Origin: Porticoccaceae bacterium
GTDB taxonomy: Bacteria; Pseudomonadota; Gammaproteobacteria; Pseudomonadales; Porticoccaceae
DNA length: 64,000 nucleotides
Assembly (NCBI GenBank): GCA_049615345.1
Contig: JBMZFJ010000003.1
Span: 22,859 to 86,858, forward strand
Direction: 5' to 3'
The notes beneath the pieces were generated by a model. It searched no databases, was not told where the DNA came from, and saw only the letters and a list, made by a program, of their open reading frames with translations. Below, one piece after another: positions 56,194 to 64,000 of this stretch; positions within the stretch are counted from its first letter, which is position 1, and every line of letters begins with the position of its first letter. The position numbers and the translations under genes are program-made.

Positions 56194-56679
56194 TAAACTT
56201 CTGCAATCATTTGCAAATCAGTGTTTAATAACAGGCTATTAACAAGCTATAAATAGTATAAACAGCCAAGTATTCAATTTTTAGTCGGTTTTTACCCATA
56301 CAGTCAGCGTATTGATAAGAAACTGTACAAAACCTATTAATAACATCAAATAATACTCAGTTTTAATCTCGCTTATACAGGTTGTTTTAACTAACTAAAT
56401 TTAATCAACAATCCACCCCCATTTTTTAAGCAGCTATTCAAGCCTATTAACCCACTAACTGTACATGTTATTTTTTTATATAAGTGATTGATATTCATGA
56501 TTTTATTAAAGTAATAAACAAAAAATAGGCTTACTAATAACAACATTAATAATCTAACATATATATATTAAGTAAATTAATACTATATATATCTACAAAT
56601 AAAACGACTTAGAAAAAAATACAAAGCGGCGTATAATAGCCATAACTTCCCAAGGGCTAATACAGACTCAAGATTAAAT
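56194..56679. other. mnmG-proximal origin-like region (IHF site, AT-rich DUE candidate, degenerate boxes)
   Basis: IHF consensus TATCAATCACTTA (reverse complement of 56481-56493); very AT-rich 56461-56620; trio-like TTACTAATAACAACATTAATAATC 56531-56554; only degenerate DnaA-box-like 9-mers. Confidence 0.6.
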
Positions 56680-58548
56680 ATGCGTTATACCGATCAATTT
56701 GATGTCATCGTTGTTGGTGGTGGTCATGCTGGAACAGAAGCATGCCTGGCATCAGCTAGAATGGGCTGTAAAACACTTCTCCTCACTCATAACATTGAAA
56801 CACTGGGGCAAATGTCCTGTAACCCAGCCATTGGTGGCTTAGGTAAGAGTCACCTCGTTAAAGAAGTAGATGCCTTAGGCGGTGTTATGGCGAGAGCAAC
56901 TGATTTGGGTGGTATTCAATTTCGAGTGCTTAATGCCAGAAAAGGCCCCGCTGTAAGAGCAACCAGAGCGCAAGCCGATAGGGCGCTGTATAAAGCAGCG
57001 GTTAGAGGCTTTTTAGAAAATCAGCCAAATCTGAGTATTTTCCAGCAGGCGGTTGATGATCTTATTATTGAGGGTGAAAAGGTAGTTGGCGCATCCACCC
57101 AGATGGGGTTGAAGTTTTATGCTAAGACTGTGGTAGTCACTGCAGGCACCTTTTTGGCCGGTAAGGTACATATAGGAATGGAAAACTACGCAGCAGGACG
57201 TGCGGGTGATCCACCAGCAGAGCAACTAGCCCAGCGCTTTAGAGATCTACCTTTTAGAATTGAAAGATTAAAAACAGGCACTCCACCAAGAATTGATGCA
57301 CGCACTGTTGATTTTAGCGGTCTTCAAGAACAGTGGGGAGATCAACCAGAGCCAATAATGTCCTATTTTGGCAAGCTGTCAGATCATCCCAAGCAAACCT
57401 GTTGCTGGATAACCTACACCAACGAAAAAACCCATGATGTTATTCGTGGTGGCATGGATAGATCCCCCCTTTACACCGGTGTGATTGATGGTGTGGGCCC
57501 CAGATACTGCCCATCCATTGAAGATAAAGTGGTGCGCTTTGCGGATAAAGATAAGCATCAGGTATTTATTGAGCCAGAAGGTTTAAATACCCACGAGCTC
57601 TACCCTAATGGTATTTCAACCAGCCTGCCATTTGATGTTCAATTAAATTTAGTGCGCTCCATAGAGGGCTTTGAAAATGCCCACATTATGCGACCGGGTT
57701 ATGCCATTGAATATGATTACTTTAACCCACAAGATTTAAAATATTCTCTGGAAACTAAAACCGTACAGGGATTATTTTTTGCCGGTCAAATTAACGGCAC
57801 CACCGGCTACGAAGAGGCTGCCGCTCAAGGGTTACTGGCCGGTACCAATGCCGCTCTTCAAGCACAGGACAAAGACAGTTGGTGTCCAGGCCGTGATGAA
57901 GCCTATACCGGTGTTTTGGTGGATGATCTAATCAGTATGGGTACCAGTGAGCCCTACCGCATGTTTACAAGCCGTGCGGAATACCGATTATTGTTGCGAG
58001 AAGATAATGCCGACCTTAGGTTGACAGAAAAAGGCCGTGAATTAGGTTTGGTAACCGATAGTCATTGGCAGCTGTTCTGTGAAAAAAGAGAAGCCATTGA
58101 GATTGAACGCCAGCGAATAAAATCCACCTGGATTCAAGCTGACTCAAGCGAAGCAAAGCAATTGGAACCACTGTTTAAAAATAAATTAACACATGAGTAC
58201 TCCATGTATGATCTTCTGAAGCGACCAGAAGTTACCTATGCAGACTTATCAGGCCTGACTCCAGACTTAGAGATCGATAGCAAGGTGTCAGAGCAAATAG
58301 AGATTGATGCTAAATACGCAGGTTATATCGGGCGCCAACAAGAAGAGATTGATAAGTTGCGACGCCATGAGAACACCGTCATTCCTGAAACATTCGATTA
58401 TGATAAGGTCAGCGGTCTATCCAACGAGGTTAAGCAGAAGCTCAATGAAGCTAAACCAGAGACTCTTGCACGCGCCTCTAGAATCCCAGGCATAACACCT
58501 GCCGCTATTTCATTATTGTTGGTGTCTTTAAAGAAAAACGCAGCTTAA
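56680..58548 (+). CDS. mnmG: tRNA uridine-5-carboxymethylaminomethyl modification enzyme MnmG (GidA)
   Basis: [40 protein letters not shown]. Confidence 0.98.
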   Translation: MRYTDQFDVIVVGGGHAGTEACLASARMGCKTLLLTHNIETLGQMSCNPAIGGLGKSHLVKEVDALGGVMARATDLGGIQFRVLNARKGPAVRATRAQADRALYKAAVRGFLENQPNLSIFQQAVDDLIIEGEKVVGASTQMGLKFYAKTVVVTAGTFLAGKVHIGMENYAAGRAGDPPAEQLAQRFRDLPFRIERLKTGTPPRIDARTVDFSGLQEQWGDQPEPIMSYFGKLSDHPKQTCCWITYTNEKTHDVIRGGMDRSPLYTGVIDGVGPRYCPSIEDKVVRFADKDKHQVFIEPEGLNTHELYPNGISTSLPFDVQLNLVRSIEGFENAHIMRPGYAIEYDYFNPQDLKYSLETKTVQGLFFAGQINGTTGYEEAAAQGLLAGTNAALQAQDKDSWCPGRDEAYTGVLVDDLISMGTSEPYRMFTSRAEYRLLLREDNADLRLTEKGRELGLVTDSHWQLFCEKREAIEIERQRIKSTWIQADSSEAKQLEPLFKNKLTHEYSMYDLLKRPEVTYADLSGLTPDLEIDSKVSEQIEIDAKYAGYIGRQQEEIDKLRRHENTVIPETFDYDKVSGLSNEVKQKLNEAKPETLARASRIPGITPAAISLLLVSLKKNAA

Positions 58549-58550
58549 TT

Positions 58551-59195
58551 ATGTCGCTTCCCCATAACCAGCAAGCATTAGAGTTAGGGATAAAAACTCT
58601 CGGGCTAAGTTGTACGTCCCAGCAGGTAGAGCAGCTGCTGGCCTATCTTGAGATGCTTCAACGTTGGAATAAAGCTTACAACCTCACCGCTATTCGCGAA
58701 CCAATACAAATGGTTCGGTTACACCTTTTAGATAGCCTTGCTATAAATCCCTACGTGCAGGGGGTTAAACATATCATTGATGTCGGCACGGGTCCGGGTC
58801 TTCCAGGAATCCCATTGGCTATTTTAAATCCCGATATAAACTTCACCCTACTCGATAGTAACGGCAAAAAGACGCGTTTTTTATTTCAAGCAATTAACGA
58901 CCTATCCTTAGCTAACACCAAGGAAATCAATCACCGAGTTGAAAAATACGAGCCAGAGCAGTTATTTGATATTGTTTTAAGCCGCGCTTTTAGTTCTATC
59001 TCTGATATGCTTACTCAATGCGACCATTTGGTTTCTGATAGCGGCTGTTTTTTAGCGATGAAAGGAAAAAAACCCAATTCAGAGTTGAGCCAAATCACGA
59101 AAGATTATAAGGTCGTCAACCTGTCACAAATAAATGTTCCACAAGTTGACAGTGAAAGGCACCTAATAAAAATAACAAAAACAGGTGTGTCATAA
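58551..59195 (+). CDS. rsmG: 16S rRNA m7G527 methyltransferase (GidB)
   Basis: HLLDSL, DVGTGPGLPGIPLAI, SRAF, MKG. Confidence 0.96.
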   Translation: MSLPHNQQALELGIKTLGLSCTSQQVEQLLAYLEMLQRWNKAYNLTAIREPIQMVRLHLLDSLAINPYVQGVKHIIDVGTGPGLPGIPLAILNPDINFTLLDSNGKKTRFLFQAINDLSLANTKEINHRVEKYEPEQLFDIVLSRAFSSISDMLTQCDHLVSDSGCFLAMKGKKPNSELSQITKDYKVVNLSQINVPQVDSERHLIKITKTGVS

Positions 59196-59219
59196 TTTAG
59201 TTAAAGGAAACGCGTAACA

Positions 59220-60005
59220 GTGGCTCGGATATTATCAATTGCTAATCAAAAAGGTGGGGTTGGAAAGACCACTACCAGTGTCAACCTTGCCGCCTCTCTC
59301 GCCGCTTACAAAAAACGCGTCTTGCTTTTGGATCTTGATCCCCAGGGTAATACCACCATGGGGTCGGGCATCAATAAGCAAACCTGCGAACACAGCGTGT
59401 ACGATGTTCTCACAGAAAAAAAATCCATTGAGGACTGCATAGTCCCATCAGAGGCGGGCAAATATCATCTTCTACCAGCAAACGGCGACCTAGTTGCTGC
59501 AGAGGTTGAATTGATACAGGAAATTGGTCGAGAAACACGCTTAAGATTTGCCCTACAGCGGGTCGATGAAAACTACGATTATATTATTATTGATTGCCCG
59601 CCCTCACTCAATATGCTGACAGTGAATGCGCTAGTTGCAAGTGATGGAGTAATCATCCCTATGCAGTGTGAATACTATGCGCTTGAGGGCTTATCCGCAT
59701 TAAACAATACTATTCGGCAGATCGCCAAATTGATTAATCCTAAACTCAAAATTGAGGGCATTCTTAGAACCATGTACGATCCTCGCAATGGATTAACCAA
59801 TGCGGTATCGGCGCAACTTAGAAAATATTTTGGAGATGCTGTTTACCGCGTTAGCATTCCACGAAACGTAAGATTGGCTGAGGCACCCAGTCACGGCAAG
59901 CCAGCCCTAGCTTATGATAAAAACGCAAAGGGCTCACTAGCCTATTTAGCATTGGCCGGTGAGATATTGCGCAAACAACAAAATTCAACTGAGAATAAAG
60001 GATAA
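59220..60005 (+). CDS. parA: Chromosome partitioning ATPase ParA/Soj
   Basis: NQKGGVGKTT, DLDPQGN, DCPPSL, LAEAPSHG. Confidence 0.96.
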   Translation: MARILSIANQKGGVGKTTTSVNLAASLAAYKKRVLLLDLDPQGNTTMGSGINKQTCEHSVYDVLTEKKSIEDCIVPSEAGKYHLLPANGDLVAAEVELIQEIGRETRLRFALQRVDENYDYIIIDCPPSLNMLTVNALVASDGVIIPMQCEYYALEGLSALNNTIRQIAKLINPKLKIEGILRTMYDPRNGLTNAVSAQLRKYFGDAVYRVSIPRNVRLAEAPSHGKPALAYDKNAKGSLAYLALAGEILRKQQNSTENKG

Positions 60006-60011
60006 TAATCC

Positions 60012-60896
60012 ATGGCCACAAAAAGACAGAGCTTAGGCAAAGGGTTAGATGCGCTGTTGGGACTTGCAGAGGATATTAACCCAGATCAAGACTTGGCAAA
60101 GGGTGCAAAACCGGCATCCGATGGAGGCCTCAAGCAAATTCCAGTTGAATTTCTTCAGCGCGGTGAGTATCAGCCCCGAAGAGATTTTAATTCAGAAAGC
60201 CTACAAGAATTAGCCGATTCAATTGTTAATCAAGGCCTTATTCAACCCATTGTGGTGCGTGAAATAGCGCAGAATAAATACGAGATAATCGCCGGTGAAA
60301 GACGCTGGAGAGCGACACAGTTAGCTGGACTAGATACAGTGCCAGCCATTGTTAGAGAAATATCGGATCAAGCAGCCATTGCTATGGCTCTGATTGAAAA
60401 TATTCAACGTGAGGACCTTAATCCCATCGAGGAGAGTCAGGCCCTTATTCGCCTTCAGGATGAATTTAATCTTACACAACAGCAGGTAGCTGAGGCTGTT
60501 GGTAAATCCCGATCCGCCGTGACCAACCTTATGCGTTTGGCCACACTTCAGCCAGTTGTGCAGCAACAGCTAGAGCGCGGTGATATAGAGCTAGGTCACG
60601 CTAAGTGCCTTCTAGCACTTGAGGGTGAAACGCAAATCATAGCGGCACGCACGGTTGCCAGCGACGGGCTAACCGTTCGTCAAACCGAGGTATTGGTTAA
60701 AAAACTGCAATCGCCCGATACCGGTAAAAAATCCATTACCACACCTAACCAAGATATAGTTAATCTGCAAACTGAGTTATCTGAAAAGCTTGGTGCAGCC
60801 GTTAAAATTCAACATGGTTCAAAAGGTTCAGGCAAACTGACCATCAGTTATAACAGCGTAGATGAGCTTGATGGAATACTTAACCACCTAAAATAA
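60012..60896 (+). CDS. parB: Chromosome partitioning protein ParB
   Basis: LGKGLDALL, QPRRDF, GERRWRA, ENIQREDL. Confidence 0.96.
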   Translation: MATKRQSLGKGLDALLGLAEDINPDQDLAKGAKPASDGGLKQIPVEFLQRGEYQPRRDFNSESLQELADSIVNQGLIQPIVVREIAQNKYEIIAGERRWRATQLAGLDTVPAIVREISDQAAIAMALIENIQREDLNPIEESQALIRLQDEFNLTQQQVAEAVGKSRSAVTNLMRLATLQPVVQQQLERGDIELGHAKCLLALEGETQIIAARTVASDGLTVRQTEVLVKKLQSPDTGKKSITTPNQDIVNLQTELSEKLGAAVKIQHGSKGSGKLTISYNSVDELDGILNHLK

Positions 60897-60948
60897 CCTA
60901 AAAACACCAATAAAGTGTAAAATACTTTCTAAATTTCCTGTGCGTGTA

Positions 60949-60977
60949 TTGAATATCACGGATACTAAACCTATAAT
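60949..60977 (+). promoter_or_regulatory. atp operon sigma70 promoter
   Basis: TTGAAT-N17-TATAAT. Confidence 0.7.
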
Positions 60978-61047
60978 GCCGATCCGCGCCATTGTCGGTG
61001 ATCGATCTTGATCGCCTTCGGTTCGGAAAAGGTGGATTGAGAATACC

Positions 61048-61419
61048 GTGACAACCATTCCAAAGCCTGAATTACTGAAAGCAACCCTGTATCAAATAGC
61101 AGCTCTACTGCTAGTGGTGGCTTTTATCAGTATGACCGATAAATTAATGGCGGTTTCAGTTTTGATGGGCGGTTTAATTCAAATCCTACCCCAGGCTTGG
61201 TTCTCTTGGCAGGCCTTTAAATATGCCGGCGCGAGCAATGTGGATAAAGTTGTCCAATCCATGTATCGCGGAGAACTTGGAAAGGTTGTTATGACGGCAA
61301 CATTATTCGCAATTTTGTTTACCGTCGACAAACAGTGGAATTACATTGCATTGTTTACTACTTTTCTTTTAATGATACCGTTGCAATGGTTCTTAACCCA
61401 AAGGTCATTGCGGCACTAA
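61048..61419 (+). CDS. atpI: ATP synthase protein I
   Basis: Hydrophobic; YRGELGK motif; first gene of the atp operon. Confidence 0.85.
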   Translation: MTTIPKPELLKATLYQIAALLLVVAFISMTDKLMAVSVLMGGLIQILPQAWFSWQAFKYAGASNVDKVVQSMYRGELGKVVMTATLFAILFTVDKQWNYIALFTTFLLMIPLQWFLTQRSLRH

Positions 61420-61457
61420 CCAGACAGTTTGTTGGAATACAGAGTAGAGAATACTAG

Positions 61458-62498
<1,041 letters not shown>

Positions 62499-62519
62499 CT
62501 TTTTTATTTAAACCACTGA

Positions 62520-62774
<255 letters not shown>

Positions 62775-62810
62775 CAGCAACTTTTAAATTAGCCTTTATG
62801 AGGTGATTGC

Positions 62811-63281
62811 GTGAATATTAACTTAACGCTTTTTGGCCAAATGGTAACATTCGCATTCTTTGTGTGGTTCTGCATGAAGTTTGTATGGCCGATTATTCTG
62901 CAAGCTATGGAAGAGCGTCAGCAAAAAATTGCCGACGGTCTAGACGCAGCTGACCGCGCAGTGCGTGATCTAGATGCCGCTCAAAGCAAAGTCTCTGACC
63001 AATTAAAAGAGGCCAAGCAAGAAGCAGCTGGCATTATAGATCAAGCTAACAAGCGCGCTAACCAAATTGTAGATGAAGCGAAACAGCAAGCCGCAGCAGA
63101 AGGCGAGCGACTTAAAGTTGCCGCCCAAGCTGAAATCGAGCAAGAAGTGAATCGTGCAAAAGAAGAATTGCGCGCCACGGTTGCTGGACTTGCGCTTGCC
63201 GGTGCTGAAAAAGTACTTGAAGCTTCAATTGACGATAAGGCCAACAAGGAAATCGTCGACAAATTGGCAGCCCAGCTGTAA
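62811..63281 (+). CDS. atpF: F0 subunit b
   Basis: [20 protein letters not shown]. Confidence 0.96.
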   Translation: MNINLTLFGQMVTFAFFVWFCMKFVWPIILQAMEERQQKIADGLDAADRAVRDLDAAQSKVSDQLKEAKQEAAGIIDQANKRANQIVDEAKQQAAAEGERLKVAAQAEIEQEVNRAKEELRATVAGLALAGAEKVLEASIDDKANKEIVDKLAAQL

Positions 63282-63293
63282 TCGAGGTCTGAT

Positions 63294-63830
63294 ATGGCAG
63301 AATTAAGTACATTAGCCCGACCCTACGCCAAAGCAGCATTTGAATATGCTGTTGAGGCAAAAGATCTTCAGGGTTGGTCTGATAGCCTTGCCCTAGCGGC
63401 GTCTGTAGCTCAGCAATCAGCAGTTGAAAAACTGCTGAGTTCGCCAAGTGCTACAGCGTTAGAGCAAGCGCAAGCTGTGCAGGATATATGTGGTGATGAG
63501 CTGGCAACAGCCTGTCAAAACTTTATCAGCATATTGTCAGAAAATCGTCGATTACAGCTTTTGCCACAAATTTCTCATCAGTTTGAAATTATGAAAGCAA
63601 ACTTAGAGAAAGCTGTGGATGTCGATGTTGTGGCTGCTGCAGACTTAGATGCAGCGCAACAGAAAGCTCTCAGCGATGCCTTAAGTGCAAAGCTGGAACG
63701 AAAAGTAAACCTACAGGTTAGTCTTGATAAAAGCCTGTTAGGAGGCGCGGTTATCCGCGCTGGGGATACCGTTATTGACGGTTCCATACGCGGTCGTTTG
63801 ACCAAACTCGCCGAATCACTAAATTCCTAA
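63294..63830 (+). CDS. atpH: F1 subunit delta
   Basis: TLARPYAKAAF, ENRRL, GDTVIDGSIR. Confidence 0.96.
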   Translation: MAELSTLARPYAKAAFEYAVEAKDLQGWSDSLALAASVAQQSAVEKLLSSPSATALEQAQAVQDICGDELATACQNFISILSENRRLQLLPQISHQFEIMKANLEKAVDVDVVAAADLDAAQQKALSDALSAKLERKVNLQVSLDKSLLGGAVIRAGDTVIDGSIRGRLTKLAESLNS

Positions 63831-63846
63831 GGATTGAGGTCCAAGC

Positions 63847-64000
63847 ATGCAGCAACTGAATCCATCAGAAATCAGCGACATTATTAAAGGTCGTATTGAT
63901 AACTTAAATGTAACATCCGAAGCCCAAAATGAGGGCACCATTGTATCCGTATCGGACGGTATCATTCGTATTCACGGTCTAGCCGACGTGATGTACGGTG
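63847..64000 (+). CDS. atpA: F1 subunit alpha (5' part, truncated by window end)
   Basis: [17 protein letters not shown]...[22 protein letters not shown]. Confidence 0.95.
   Translation, partial: MQQLNPSEISDIIKGRIDNLNVTSEAQNEGTIVSVSDGIIRIHGLADVMYG

Overview
A 64 kb core-genome window spanning the replication-origin region of a gammaproteobacterium. Gene content and order are Pseudomonas/Cellvibrionales-like; a streamlined marine SAR92/Porticoccaceae-type organism is my inference, not a search result. It carries about 60 apparently intact, mostly housekeeping genes: crp/vfr, trpEGDC, rpe, gshAB, pilT, proC, metXW, trxA-rho-ubiD, rpoH, ftsYEX, coaD, mutM, ubiCA, galU, glyQS, gyrB-recF-dnaN-dnaA, the rpmH-mnmE block, mnmG-rsmG-parAB and the start of the atp operon. 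I saw no tRNA, rRNA, IS, prophage or CRISPR. Main oddities: (1) the rpmH-rnpA-yidD-yidC-mnmE block is inverted relative to the near-universal dnaA/rpmH divergent layout, is flanked by an imperfect inverted-repeat pair, and separates two origin-like intergenic regions; (2) two tandem, architecturally matching putative sRNAs with a shared ACCCCUCUU motif at the window start; (3) ATP synthase subunit a has a roughly 60-aa insertion with two extra hydrophobic segments; (4) an unannotated Trp-containing leader peptide precedes trpE; (5) CRP/Vfr is divergent and has a read-through-like C-terminal tail.
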